Position numbers and translations under genes: made by a program. A stretch of 58,806 bases of DNA, the filler included, from Dirinaria sp. TL-2023a (Eukaryota): assembly GCA_051941275.1 (NCBI GenBank). It is 8 parts of 8 records of this genome, joined end to end, with 100 filler letters (N's around TTAATTAATTAA, not from the genome) between each part and the next. Parts side by side here need not be neighbours in the genome. Positions count along the whole stretch, not along the records: positions 22,139 to 29,410 come from JAVEBF010001333.1; positions 29,511 to 36,762 come from JAVEBF010001335.1; 6 more parts are not named here. One strand, given 5' to 3'. This document shows positions 22,039 through 35,480 of the stretch, piece after piece; the stretch's first letter is position 1, and each line of letters opens with the position of its first letter. Under the pieces are notes generated by a model. It ran no database searches, was not told the DNA's origin, and was given only the letters and a program-made list of their open reading frames with translations.

Positions 22039-22384
22039 NNNNNNNNNNNNNNNNNNNNNNNNNNNNNNNNNNNNNNNNNNNNTTAATTAATTAANNNNNN
22101 NNNNNNNNNNNNNNNNNNNNNNNNNNNNNNNNNNNNNNTAGATCTCCTCTACGAAATAGCTAACGTCTATACATTCAAGGCAAAAAGCTCATAGAAGTGT
22201 CATACTCAATGGTACGGTCACATTAGGCAATGTTTTATTACTCGAGGATACGGCCTACTGGGGAATGTTCGGGGACTGAAGATGCGCTTATTTTACGATA
22301 TGGTTCCCTAGGAGCTATCCTTGACTGTTACTTTATAGACATGCTACGTTGGACTACCTGAGCCCGATCAACAAGCTGCGAGCA

Positions 22385-24629
22385 TCATGGACTACTGCCA
22401 ACATCAATGTCGAGCTCCTCATCACTCTCCTGGCTCCAAAACAGTTTTCTCAGCTTCCTCTCCTTTTCATCTTCCAGAAAGCGCTCGAAATTCGCTTGTA
22501 CGGGATCAAATACCTTTCCTTGATACACTTCATGTGGTAGAAACGGACACTTCTCCTCAGAACCGGCAAGGTACCTGCAAACGTGCATGTGCAAGAAGAT
22601 GGCGACTCGTTGATTGCCCTGCTCCGTCAACCTCCATTTAGGCGGTGACACGGTGTCGTCAAGGAACATGTCCCCAACACGCGTGCCTTCGCTGTACGCG
22701 TCAAGCCAACCAGAAGTATCGAGCCAGAAGACGCTCTTGTCGCCGTCTCCTCGGATGCGGTTTACAACATTCTGTGTGGCGTGCTCTAGCTGACCACGCA
22801 AAGGCCGCATAACGAAGATAGGTACTGCTGCTGGTGTTGAGCTTGTGACCAAGCCAGGATAGCCGACTCTTTCACTATGCACCACAGTGGGGTGTTTGGG
22901 GTAGGCCAAGTTTCGGATAGCTTTAATAAGAGAGACATAAGTCTGCTCGAAGCGTTCTGCTAGATCCCATGCAGTTTTATTATACTCGGCCGCATGCTTT
23001 TCGAAAGAGATTTGGTCGGAGCCGCCAATGTTGATAATCTCCTCAGCAGTTAGTGGTTTTCCGCGTGTGTTACCGTCAATCAACTTACTATGACATCGGG
23101 AATATAGGCATCGAACATCCAAGGGTGTTCAAAGTAGTGGGAGGCAAAAGGACCGCTGAAAGCCGTCAGCTAACTTCCTATTATCAAAAATACTGTGTAG
23201 ATGTCTAACCTTCGGAAGAAGACATCTCCAATGCCAGCTGGTGTGCCAACTCCGCCGATGCAGTCTTGAGTTAAGCACATCCCATCTACGCCAATGCTAA
23301 CATGATCAGCGCCGAACATCTCTCCAAGGAGGGATTCCCAGCCCATAATGCCAGCCAGTAAATTGTCGGATTCGCCTGCACCGACATTGGTATGCCTCGA
23401 TCTGAAAGAGCCAGGTGAGTCCGTGATGACCTCAACTATTTTCCTGCGCTCCTGGAGTATTTTCGGAAGATCTGCCTCCAGGCTAGGCTTGTGGACTCGT
23501 CCAATTTCACTGTTGCCCTTGACGATTTCGCTAAGCCCAGTGCGGTGCTTCTCACCCACTTGATCGTTTTGAGCGCTCAATGTGTCTTCGTCCACGTATT
23601 CTTCCCTTAACAGGGACCCTTCAACGCGCAAGAGCTGTCCCCCTTTGCTAAGCCACAATCCATCAAGTTCAATTATTCCATTGCCATTGTCGGTCATGGG
23701 CGCTCGAATACGGACATGATGCTCTTCATCTTTGGCCAGATCATTAGGGCAGACAATGACCAGGTTGGAGGAGTTTGCTAGCAGAACGTATTCTGCTGAA
23801 TCTACTTGAGCCAGCAGTGAGATCGGCGAAGCTGGCTTTTCGTTGGCAGGCAGTGGGCGGAAGGAGAGACGGCCTGGGTTTGTTGGCGAAAGCTGTACGG
23901 ATGCTTTTGATGGAGCGTGATTGCTGGCGGCCTTGTGTCGGTCTGGAGAATTGTGTAGTGAGAGATAGAGAGTCGTGGTGTTTTTGATAGTCACGTCAAA
24001 ATAAACCCCTAGAGTCTAATGAGCACTATTGCCATTCTCAACGGGGCACCGGAGCAGCCATACCAGGAAAAGAGCCGTCCTTGCGCAACCTGTTTGGAGT
24101 AGCTGACCAACGACCCACATACTGAGGGCTAGATGTAAGCTCATCAATGCTAATCAGCGCTTAATCGACTCACATGGATCTTCGGGTTGGTGGCGGGGAA
24201 GAATTGCAAGCCTTTCGTCCGTCCTTCTGATGCCAGCTCCATAGCCAGCCAATTCTCGTCCAATCTGACAATGCCCCGGCTTCGGCGACCTCCTTGCAGC
24301 CACCAAAAGGTCAAGAGGGCTAATACCAGCAGCAGCCACAAGGGCCTGCTACTAAGCATACGCCTCAATCGGAATCTCGTGTGACCGTCAAGAAATGGCA
24401 CTTTGCCGCGCTTCGAAGTCGAATTGGCCGAGCGGTCATAGGGGGTCGGTTGCCTTAGGCTCGCAGATCGAAAGGGCGAGTACGCCGTCGTGGCCAACGG
24501 CGTGCCATTGGGCGTCGTGGCAGTGCTGGACGCTGGCGTAACGTAGCTTGAATGTCGCGGTGAGCCGGTGGTACGGGAGAGGGCGATGTGTAGGTTAGGG
24601 CGATTGCGGAAGGGAGGCGTTTGTGCCAT
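22385..24629 (-). CDS. Membrane-anchored SGNH/carbohydrate-esterase-2-like protein (multi-exon)
   Basis: ORFs 24150-24629, 23170-23994 and 22385-23122 plus small exons form one gene. It has a TM (LWLLLVLALLTFWWL), PKIH/YVGRW...GSFPG/VYFD (CE2 N-domain-like), RKIVEVITDSPG (GDS block), GADHVSIGVDGMCL and IIINIGGSD (block III-like). Confidence 0.65.
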
Positions 24630-25720
24630 TCTGCGCTATCGATAGTCCTTCTGATGGATTAGGAGGCTACCACGAGGTAAGTCGAATGTCGTGTTTAGTG
24701 TTGGTAGCTGAGAATAGGGAGAAATGTTGGTACTACCCACCGTGGCAAGCACGTTCTGAGCCGTTCTCACCGTATCGCTCTTTCTCTTGTAAGCTCTTGA
24801 CTATAGGAGTCAATTGAGGGCAAAACAGCAGATCCCATTAGAGACTGACAGAAGATTCGCGAAGATCAAGGATAGTAGAGACCGAGGCATATGAAGAGGG
24901 GGTCAAGAAGGAGACTAGGAAGGAAGAGAAGAACAGTGTGTACAACTTGGAGGCGTTCAGAGATACGCTATGCTTGGCTGGTAATTTTGTTACGCACTGT
25001 TTAAGCGAATAAACAAATTGTTGATGCAACACTGCAAAAAACACCCCGCCTTCCATTACATCGAGATGTGACGGATTAGGCTAAGGTAAGGTAAGGTAAG
25101 ATCACACAGCAATCCGTAATCAAACAAAAGCATTACGGCCCATTGCTTTTATGACGATAATCAAGAGAGAATACTCGCATGCCAATGGCTCCATCACATA
25201 TCCTATATAAGAATGGACAGAGCCTCTAATGTCTGTCTTTGAAACTCGGCAAATAAATTCATTCGTCTCAATATTGCAATCGATACGCACAAAAACATTG
25301 GCTAACATGCGAGGCTTAAGCCTTGAGAGTATATAGACACTCGAACGACAAGAGCGGATGGACTTAAATATACATCTCTGCCCTATGCATGGGGTCGAAT
25401 AGCAAGTTCCCGTGATCGCGGCTGAACGAGAGATTGATAAGTGAATTGCGTCGTTGGACACTTATTGAGAACGCTTACCTAAATATCTCGTCTTCTTATC
25501 TTTTCTAAGATCCCCGTTCTCCTAGAGAATCCTTCGTAGAATCGCTCACAGAGATTTGTCTACTCTGCTGAATGCTATTCTATGCTGATAGTAGGCAGTT
25601 CCGTCTTTGGGTGGTGAAGGGACTTGACGAAGGCGCAAGTTCCCGCTGCGCAGACGGACGCGACTGATATATGCTGGAATGTATTCACTCGTAAGTTCAA
25701 CGTGCTGGTACTCCGTGAAC

Positions 25721-26327
25721 CTATGTCGAAGCTTTAATAGCTAGAAAAATATTCCATCCAAACCCGACTAGGCTTCCAACCAGGGTCCTTTGCTCCACCG
25801 GAATGACAGTAAGGTTGAGAAGGCTGACCATTGGCCAAAGCTTGTAACCAGAAATCATAAGAGGCCACAGTTGCTGGACATGTGTGTAAGCTCAAACCCA
25901 TGAGATACAGCCCCTACCAGATCGCCGCGCAGGAAGTGCAGTCACCTACCTCCCTTATGACTTGTATACATCCCTCAACCGGCATCCCTTGGAACCACTT
26001 CGTGAAGCCGAGGAATGCCCCCACATTGATCGCGGCAATAATTGTCTGTTCCAGCAAAAGCTTCACCATTGTATTCCAGATATTCAGCTTCTTCTCTACC
26101 TCGACACCCTTGCCACCATCATCCACCTCAATCTTATTGGTGGTATACGCAGGTAGCTTGTGCTCGATGAATTGCTGCCACAGGTAGTTTGGCGGTGTGC
26201 AGAGGAAAGAGAAGGTCACCAAGGCAGAGATAGGCGGGTCGTGAACGGTGAAGTATTTGGTGACAAGAGAGGAACATAGTGAGAGGAAAGCCGACTGGAG
26301 GGTGGCAAGGTATATGTGGGGGATCAT
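25721..26327 (-). CDS. Mpv17/PMP22 family membrane protein (2 exons)
   Basis: Exon 1 has TPPNYLWQQFIE and KLLLEQT. Exon 2 reads QLWPLMISGYKLWPMVSLLNLTVIPVEQRTLVGSLVGFGWNIFL, with TAG at 25721-25723. Confidence 0.88.
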
Positions 26328-26775
26328 TTTCAGGGGCTTCCAATCGACTATGAGAGAGACCCGGCGGCTGCAGTGGAAGGAAGAAGTCTGGAAAGCTGAT
26401 TCAGGAGTACATTTAGAACTTGCAGAATACGGCAGTGGAGGATACTTTAGTTTGTAGATTCACGTCGCGTCCGAATCTCCCGAAGTTCAGCCGAAATCAC
26501 AGAAATTTCAACGCGCAATAATAGCTTGATCGATTTCCAAGTTATAATCAGTGTCCATGATTCGCTACAGGGCTTTGCAACAGTCAATTACTCTGATCTA
26601 AGTTACCTATGCAGTGCGTTCAGCCACGCAAGTCTGTCCATCGAGTGTCTCCTGCTAGATGAATTACGAATCTGACTATATGTATTGGCTCTTTATTTCT
26701 GGCGGAACTCTTAATTCATATTCCTTCATTCTCTCTAAAAGTCCTGTACCATCGTGACGGTGGGTGCGGTATGTT

Positions 26776-27851
26776 AAAGCAAGTTACGTCGAGCTTCAGC
26801 GCTCGCCGGCGAAAGCCTTCGGATATCCTTCAATTCGACTTGGAGCTTCTTTTCTTGTCCTGAACATCAGACAGCCATCAGGATAAGTTCTCGAAGCAGA
26901 GTGCTCAGAGGTTGGTACTCTTGGCAAAATATCACACTTACCAAGATCATATGCCTTTCCATCTCTCCCTTTCAGCGTACACATAAAATCTATGGCATTT
27001 ACCGCGGCGAAAATCTTGTACCAATCAGAAGTATCTTTCACTTTCTCTGCTGGGCCCTGGCCGCTAAGTAACAGACTACATCGTTGTGATGGTGCCAATA
27101 CAAAAGGTATGGGCACTGTTGTCTCAGGATCATCTTTTGGTCCGAAAACGTTCTTTTTCCCGTCAGCAGGCATCTCGTCAACAATATCCCGACATGATAC
27201 AAATGGAGCACCAGAACCAGGAGCACCGCACACGACCGTCGGCTTGTAAGGTACGACACGCACAGCAAGGTTCCCATGCACGCCGATATTAGATGCGATC
27301 CCCCCTTGGTTCGGCGTGCCTCTGACGCAGACATCGATCAGCACGCGGACAATGTTCTTCAGATCGCCGGGTCGCATCTGATCGTGGGTGGCACGTGTCG
27401 AGTGAGAAATATCGATGGCGCAAAGTCCATCACTGCTGACATAGCGGAACGGTAATTTTGCCCTCCAGTTGCCTGAGCCTCGTTGGCCGTAGGTTTCCAT
27501 GGCACCGTCGGAAGACATTATCCTCCATACTTGATAGCAGCTAGCCAAGTTGAGATTGCGGCCATAAATCGCTCCATTGCAGGAGTATTTGGGGTCGCTG
27601 ACAGCGAAATTTCCATTGGACGTCATATTTGGAGACGGATGAGCAACTGCTATGGGTAAGTCGATTGGCCAGTCAACATCTGAAAAGGTGGATAGTCCAG
27701 AAGTCTTGTTGTATCTACTAGCCTCGATGATGCTATTGGTTGTGAGTGCCAATTTCTCCGAGCTTGTACGGATAGCAATAGTGGCGACATCGCTGCTAAG
27801 GATGCTCAAAACTACGACAGCAATTATGGCAGGAACAGATTGGAGCAGCAT
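26776..27851 (-). CDS. Secreted cysteine-rich protein with two tandem ~110-aa domains (KP4/Ecp2-like effector fold suspected)
   Basis: Signal peptide followed by two repeats of C...SC...(L/I)PF...C...C...G. There is a probable final intron after DLG (gtaagt), so the true 3' end is approximate. Confidence 0.65.
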
Positions 27852-28401
27852 GAGTTTCGAGCGAACGTCTCAGACCTCGAATTCAATTTCGGTGCAGAGG
27901 GCAAGATAGGATTAAGCTGTATCGAGATCGCATGCGTAGACACCTTTTGAGATCGAAATAGTGACCTCATACCAAAAGTCGTGAGCCAAGCAGATACCTC
28001 CATTGAAGCGTCGACAATTTGATGGATCGTCAGTGAGCTGGATGCGGCAAAGCTCTTGCGGATTAGAGGCGCCGTCCGCTCCTCATACAAATATACTCAG
28101 CACCTCCATCGAGCCCACACAGCAATATAAGACAGGCTATTCAACCGCGTGATATCATCACTGCATTGATAAATACAAATACCGGACTTAGTTACTAATT
28201 GCCTAAAGTTCGATTATATACAGAGATTCTTGCGCTAACCGCATTAGGTCCGATGACCCGCATGAAACACACGACGGCATCTTTAATTCTCAACACAGAC
28301 TGTAACTCACTTTGATAACCACAAAGACCCAAATCCAATGAAACCGCCATAGTCCCAACTTGTAAAAATCCCATCACTCTGATTCTCTCCATCCCTTCTT
28401 G

Positions 28402-28870
28402 ATGACTATTAAGATGGCGGCAGCAATCCCTCCCTTAGCGCGCCGCTTCAAGCTCATATTCTTCGTCCCCACCCCCTCCGTCGAAGCATGCAAAATCGCC
28501 ATTTTCGCCGCCGGTGCAGGTCGCTACCCGGGCGCGGGTGGCTACACAGAGTGCTGCTGGGCCACAGTAGGGATCGGGCAATTCCGCCCCGGGGACAGTG
28601 CGAACCCACATATTGGAAGCTTGGGGGTGCTGGAAAAAGTGGAGGAGGTGAGGGTCGAGACGCTTTGTGTTGGGGAGGATGTTGTTAGAAGGGCTGTTGA
28701 TGCGTTGAAGGGGTGAGTTGATGTTATGTCTGTTCTCTTTTTAATTTTGTGGAAATTATTTTGGTCTGGGCAGGCTCTCGTATCCTCTTTCGCTGGTCTA
28801 ACGAGTTTTTATTAGTGCTCATCCGTATGAAGAGCCTGCGTATGAGGTGTACAGGATAGAGGATCTTTGA
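28402..28870 (+). CDS. Small NIF3/YqfO PII-like-domain protein (2 exons)
   Basis: FKLIFFVP...AIFAAGAG..Y.ECC...G.GQFRP...ANPHIG...EEVRVE, then after a gtgagt...tag intron AHPYEEPAYEVYRIEDL*. Confidence 0.88.
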
Positions 28871-29510
28871 TTGATGAGGTTCTGATATTCCTCGACTGGA
28901 TAACTAGCTTTCTTTTGAAAAAAAAAAAAAAAAAAAAAAAAAAACCCCCATTCTCCGCATTAAACTACCTTAGCCTTCAAACAAACGTAGCCATCAACAA
29001 ACCCTACCTTATCCTAAACTTCATAGCCTTTTACACGAGCATATGTTTAGCATAGATGACTTTTAGTGTCATGCCGTTTATGATATACCTCTTCCCCCTG
29101 TATGCAGGAGGTATATTATAAATTGCACTATCTACGCCACGTCACCTTGCAAAATATCCTACCCTCCCTGCTGCTCACCACCTCATCGCCGTCATCCCGA
29201 TCTATCTGTCTATCTATCTAATCTCACCGTCGCACCTCGTTGTCGCGATCAATACGATAAACCTCTTCAAGTGCCATACGCTGAAAGCATACATTACCTT
29301 AACGAGTTGATTCTAGACCCACCTTGCTTCATTGCCTCTCAGTAGCGCGGCCATCAGCGCAATAGTATGTTTGTGCTTCCATCGACGCTTCATCAGAGCT
29401 AGGATCGATGNNNNNNNNNNNNNNNNNNNNNNNNNNNNNNNNNNNNNNNNNNNNTTAATTAATTAANNNNNNNNNNNNNNNNNNNNNNNNNNNNNNNNNN
29501 NNNNNNNNNN

Positions 29511-29552
<42 letters not shown>

Positions 29553-29601
29553 AAATCACAAATACTATTGCCCATTCCCATTTTAATCTCGGGCCCGACT
29601 C

Positions 29602-31192
29602 TTAGACGTACCAACGAAGTGGGTAGTGAGTGGTTAGGCTCGTGGGCGAAGGTGTCATATTCCAAGCTGCAACTGTGACCAAGTGCTGCATCGTAATAGC
29701 CACCACGAACACTAGACTGGCGGTGTCTGACTCGAAGGACAGTTGTATGATTCTGAGCTTCTGAGCGGCTAAGGCCAGGTGCTGATTCAACGAAGATCGT
29801 GTCAGCAAGTCATTCATGAACGACAACATTGATGAAAACTGATTGTCTAGCTGTCGAAGATTATCAGCGTCGTTCTGTGTCGACGGCAAAGAGAGAGGTG
29901 TAATCGACCGGGGTACCGCCCAACCAGGGCTGCCGAAGCCGTAGTTCAAAAGATTTATGCCAGCAGCGGTGGGTCCGTTGTACCAGAAGCTGACTGGGAA
30001 ATCGACCTGATGGAGACTGATAGCGCACTCTGCACCACTGAAACCTACCGCCGCATTTGGTCCAAAAGAAATGTTCATGGCCAAGCTCGTGGTCGAGTCG
30101 CTGAATCCGCCGGCATTCAAAACGTCGGGCTTGGGAGCAGTCGATTTGTTGACCAGAGAGCATGTTGTCGTAATTTGTGACAAAGTGAGATCTGCAGTAC
30201 CCATTAGACCACTTGACAATTTGGCAAATTTCGGCTCATCTCTTTGCAGACTGTTGTATAAGTCGATGATGAAGGAGGCCTGGATCGAGAGTGATTCCAC
30301 CGTGGAACCCGAGACCGAGTTGTTGAACGCCGTGACAGCATTTCCTGGCTCAGAGAATCCGCACCAACCAAGCTTTTGATTTGGCGTGTATATGCCATCC
30401 AAAGTGCCCAGAACACTGTACGTCGATGCAGACGCTAAGGCAACGGCAGAGACCCATGATTGCGGGCCGCTTCCAACAACGTCCCATCCAACATTCCAAA
30501 TGTTCATCCAGTCAAGGCTTGCAAGGCCCATTTGAGGTGTTTTGATCGTCAACAAAGCTTCGTTTGCTTTGGATTTCGGGAAGAGGTCGGGATATCAGCG
30601 TCCTTTCGAGATGTCTTTGGTGTTCATAGCCGCGCCCAAGAGCAGAACGCATATCGAAGAGGCCAATGTGAGGACGAATCGAGCAGTGCCTCTCCAGCCT
30701 AGACCCGTCCAACCAAACAGACGCCACCTCTCGATAGTGTTTGTCATGGCAACCCACGGCTTGACAAGCTCTTCTTTCATCTCGTAGTCGATTGCATGCG
30801 CACCCAGCTTTTGAGTCATCCAAAGGGTGAGCGTCTGGAGGCTTACGTGCCCAAGAGCAGTGTCCACAAGGTAGTCCAGCAATTTATTAAACACTCCGAG
30901 GATGGCTAACAAGGTGTCCGGCGTGACTTGCGTGCCTCAGATCGTGACATTGCTAACAGTGAAATATTGACGTCAGGGTCCGAATAACAGAGCTCTACGA
31001 GCACCGTCAGTGAAACTGGAAATAGAATTGTCTCACAACTACCAACACGAGCAAAAGCCCGATAGTGAAAAGTCTGAACGAAAGTGGATACAAAAGCTGG
31101 GTCCAGCTTGCGCCTGAACAATACAGCACAGGTCGCTCTCGCGCATCTTTAGCCTGCTTCGTTTCTGCCTTCAGAGCCGGCGCCATAGTCAT
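29602..31192 (-). pseudogene. Disrupted uncharacterised fungal membrane protein gene (3' part cut by contig end)
   Basis: ORFs 30595-30912 and 29602-30555 are in the same frame, separated by a single TGA (GR*YPD, a probable TGG Trp). Several hydrophobic segments; upstream exon near 31007-31192. Confidence 0.55.
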
Positions 31193-33022
31193 AGACTGGA
31201 TGCTTGACGACAAAGCAGTCGTGACTTTGGATACAATGAAAAATGCCTGTAGGAACGCCGAGAAGCATGTTGGGCACAAGGAGACTGACTTTACTGTAAA
31301 GGGAGCAGTAGTAGTAATGGAAGGTGGTGGCAGAGGGGAATGTAGCTAAGATTGGGCAAATTTAAGAGAATCGCTTCTGGTGTTCGCATGCCGGATTTCT
31401 TGCACTAAAAATACATACCTTACTTTATCTCTCGTGGCGTGTTGTGAGGTGGTTGTCGATCGTCGAATCAGCTCTTCTATCCGGTTTAAGATGTGTACCG
31501 GAAACGGCTCTGATTGACGCTGGAATCCCGATAGTGACAGGAAATTTCATATGTACCTTACCTAGGTGTGTGTCCAAGATCGATCTACCTTTTACATCTG
31601 CGAGACAAGGATCGAAATGTAGGAGGGAGCGGTTTGGCAATGAAACAAGGATTACATGGAGTTAGCATCAATGGCAAAACCTGCCAATCTCAGGGGGTTC
31701 ATTTTCGGTTCCTCACGCGTATCCCGTAGTGCTCGGATTTCGACTTTTCGATGGGGAGCCAACAACGTAAAACATGCCCCTCCTCAGGTTTATATAGTTG
31801 ATCGCTCGCTGTATCTCAAGTCGTTCAAGAAGCATATCAAGGTTATGAAGATCTTGTTCAAGCAATCATAACTTGTTTCTGAGAGGTCAGAATGTGCATT
31901 TCTATTGTACGAGGGTGCTTCAACCACTTTGAAAGAATCTTGGAAAAAGACGTTTAGCCTTGAATAAAATCTTAGTCGAGAGTCGAGGCGACTTGGAATT
32001 TTCAAAGTCGACTAAGATACTTTTTCATACCTCTGTTGCATACATCATATTATTCTTTGAATCCTACAGGTGTTGAAGTGATGCATGCTCTTCCACAAGT
32101 GAATGATTGGAGAAATATGAAACGATAAATCTTGCAAATCTGAGAAGGGAAGGGAAGGGAAGAGAGTAGGGATCGCGTGCAGCCCGAAAAAGGGGGTGTG
32201 TCCTTAGCGGGGGCCGAAAACATTCAGACGACGGGAGGGAGTATTATCAAGATGACTAAGAAATGTCTTAATGTACAGGAAATAGGTAGTCGAGATAGTC
32301 AAGCAACTTACTGTAGATACTTAATGTACGCACCTTGGACGTTATGCCGCCGCCAAACTCCTCTACGCCGAGTAGCGAGTAACCAGAGGGCAGAGCTCAG
32401 GATCATGTGCGCCTTGTAAATAATTTGGTCGGGTTCGCATTATTTGCTTTATTTCTGGGCCGATGGAAAGGGCGGGCCTGTTGTGTTTGAAGTGCGAGTC
32501 TCCCGGAGGACCGTGTCACAATTAACCCAGAATGCTTTTTGGGGAATTAGAACTTCTTTTCTTCTATCTCAAGCGTCTGGATGTGAACAAGCTTGCAGAT
32601 TTTGAAGGCAATCACATGATCACCGTTGTCTTTTCTATGTGATCGCTTCGATTCAGCATCCCGACGTTCATGACAGAGAATTCTGAGAAGATACTCACTC
32701 GACATATAAGTTAAGGTACCTTATCTAAAGTGTTCTTCACCTCGGTAAGATAATAGCGAGTTTAGATGCACAGCATCTAAACTCTAGCCCTCGTGCAGCC
32801 CTAGAGTTGAACGGTTGCGACGCCCCAAACGCGCGGCGCCGGACGGGAAGTTTCCGCAGATGCCAAGAGGCAACATTGCTCGATCGTTGCCTCTTCATCA
32901 ATGAAATATTTTACGTTGCGCTCTATTGAAGCCCAGCATTAGTTGCTCATATATTTGGTCCGTCAGATAAGGCTTTGCATCCTCTACTGGTGACTCCAGC
33001 CTGAAAATTGTCCCAATGCATC

Positions 33023-35480
33023 ATGGACGTCTCGGCTGCGCTGGACACCGTTTCGAATGACAGCGACCCGGACGCCCCGACGGATAGCACACACCCGGCC
33101 CAAGTTCTGTCTTCGTTACCAAGCAGTAACGGCGCTTCCCAGCCTTCAGATGAGGAAAACAAATTCCAGAGTGCTATCTCGGCCTGGAGAAGTAGGATCT
33201 GCACGCTTCTTGCAAGAGCTCTCCTGACCCCTTACAGATATCAACCTGACGAAACTCGTACCTGAGCTGGATAATACTGCCTCCGATATCGTCACGAACC
33301 AGCGCGATGCGTTAATATCGAGGAAGGACTTGGCTCAAAAGACGAAGGACTTCCGAAAGTTGGACGACGCCTCAAAGCTCGTTGAATATAAGGGCTTGCT
33401 AAAGGGTACTGTTTCACAAGGCGGAATCAAATCTCCGAAGTGCTCAAGGGCTGACTTGGAACAGCCTATCAAACCTTCATCGATCTTCTCACCAGCCATG
33501 GCAAGACTACATCTTCCGCGTTTCTCCAACTCTACTCGTCCGTTTCTGAAGCCCCGGATCCATACCCTCTCCTCGAAGCCTCCGTGGACGCTCTCCTAAC
33601 ATCAGAAGAAACCTTACCCAAATTGACCTCCGAAAATGAACATCTCCAGCAGAATGTTGCTTCCTTGACTAGCCAGCTGGAAGATGCGGAGAGGCAGCTG
33701 GAGGAAGAGCGGGCGGCTCGGAAAGAGATAGAGTCCTCAAGGGATTCTCGGATTAAAGAGGTGGAGACCTCCTGGAAAGCGGTTGTCGATGAGAAGAAAG
33801 ACAATTGGGAAGCGAAAGAACGCAGCTTGGAGGAAAAAGCTGAGAGTCAGGAAAGGCTGCTGAACGAGCTTAAGGCGAGCTACGAAGTCAGTCAACGCTT
33901 GGGTCAGAATGCCGATAACGAGGCGGAGGGCCGTCAAGCATCAGCGAGCGCCGCCGAACTCGAGATCATGAGCTCAGACCTTGATCGAACCAATCAGCGG
34001 CTTGCTGAGGTTGAGGCACGGAACGAGCAGCTGCGCGTTGAGCTTGCCGAAACTACTTCAAACACCCATCGCAGGCCAGCAATTGAAGAAGACCCGGCTG
34101 TTACAAGGCTGAGATCCGAAAATAGTTCCCTGTTAAGGAAATTGGACAGCATGAAGCTAGAGAAGGACTCTGAAGCCCGGAGACATAACACTCGGTTTCG
34201 TACCCTCGAAAGGGACATGCAATCTTTGCAGGGTGATTGGGAAAGCCTTCGAGAACGGGTACATGCTCAACGGGACTACACAGACATCAAGCGTGAGCTG
34301 GAGATCTTCAAGGTAAGTGGGTTCAATTACCTAGCTCGGGTGCTTCACTAAGATGCCTGTGCAGTCTATTGAGTTTGCCACGCTTGACGATGACGAGAAC
34401 GATCCTCGCAGCTTTGAGCGAGAAGTGACGGAAAATGGCGCACCCAAGGGCGACCAGGAATCGCTTGAACAGATGTTGTTGGCGAAGAATAAGAGGTTGG
34501 GCAACGAGATGGCCGTACTCCGTGTATCTCATCAGGACTTGCAACAGCAGCTCGACACTCTGCAGGAAACCCTGTCGAGTACAAATGCCGAGCTGGAGCG
34601 CGCCCAGAACCTCAATGTGACCCTTGAGTCGGACCTCGCGAATGTTCAGCAAGAAGTTTCGAACGCTTTGCCTTCTTCGGGAATGTCTATGGCCGGGACG
34701 TATGCTTCTCGTTACCCGTCGAGTTCCTTCGGTGGCCGCCGAGGTAGGGCATCTCCCACCTCTTCCATCATTTCCGGCATGGATCCCACAAGTACGTCGC
34801 GGACAATGGAGGCCATCCGGGCTGGAGAGCCCGTGGGCGGGGGGTCTGGCATCATGCCGATGATTCAAGCGCAGAGGGATCGGTTCAAGCAGAAGAACGC
34901 CGAACTCGAAAAGGAGCTATCCAAACAGTACAGCACCGTCTCATCCTTGCGCCAGGAAATCTCTTCCCTGCAGAAGGACAACCTCAATCTATATGAGAAA
35001 TCCCGGTACGTGTCGACGTACAATCGCAATCAGCCTGCATCGTCGCCATCGCAATACGTCTCGACCGCGCCGGGCACGTTGATCCAGGTGGACCCCAGCA
35101 CATCTTCCGGCCTCTCCGTCGACCGATATCGTTCGGCGTACGAGGCCAACCTCTCGCCCTTTGCCGCCTTCCGAGGGCGCGAGTCGGCACGAGCATACCG
35201 GAAGATGAGCCTGCCGGAGCGGATCATCTTCTCGATCACACGGATGGTGCTGGCGAACCGGACGAGCCGGAACCTGTTCGCGGGATACTGCCTGGCGTTG
35301 CACGTGCTGATCTTTGTGATGCTGTATTGGATGCAGACGACGGACATTGAGAAGCACGCGAGCAATTTGGGAGAAGCAGCGAATGCCGCGGTGGTGGGTG
35401 GCGCGGCGCTTGGTGGCGAGGCAGCTGGGGGAGGCCATGGAGAGTGGCAGCCGGAGGGCTTTCATGCGGACTCTACGTAA
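33023..35480 (+). CDS. COY1: Golgi coiled-coil membrane protein CASP/Coy1 (multi-exon)
   Basis: N-terminal CUT/CASP region (FQSAISAWR, RKDLAQKTKDFRK, EAPDPYPLL), long coiled coil, CASP C-terminal motifs AQRDRFKQKNAELE and LQKDNLNLYEKSRY, and a C-terminal TM with conserved Tyr/His (YCLALH). Confidence 0.93.

Noticed and set aside
29459..29665. Poly-Phe ORF, and the poly-Lys ORF at 28867-29055
   Set aside because: Homopolymer A/T tracts, not coding.
32758..32784. Perfect 12-bp hairpin GAGTTTAGATGC-ACA-GCATCTAAACTC upstream of COY1
   Set aside because: A single short palindrome with no second copy or other support, so no function can be assigned.
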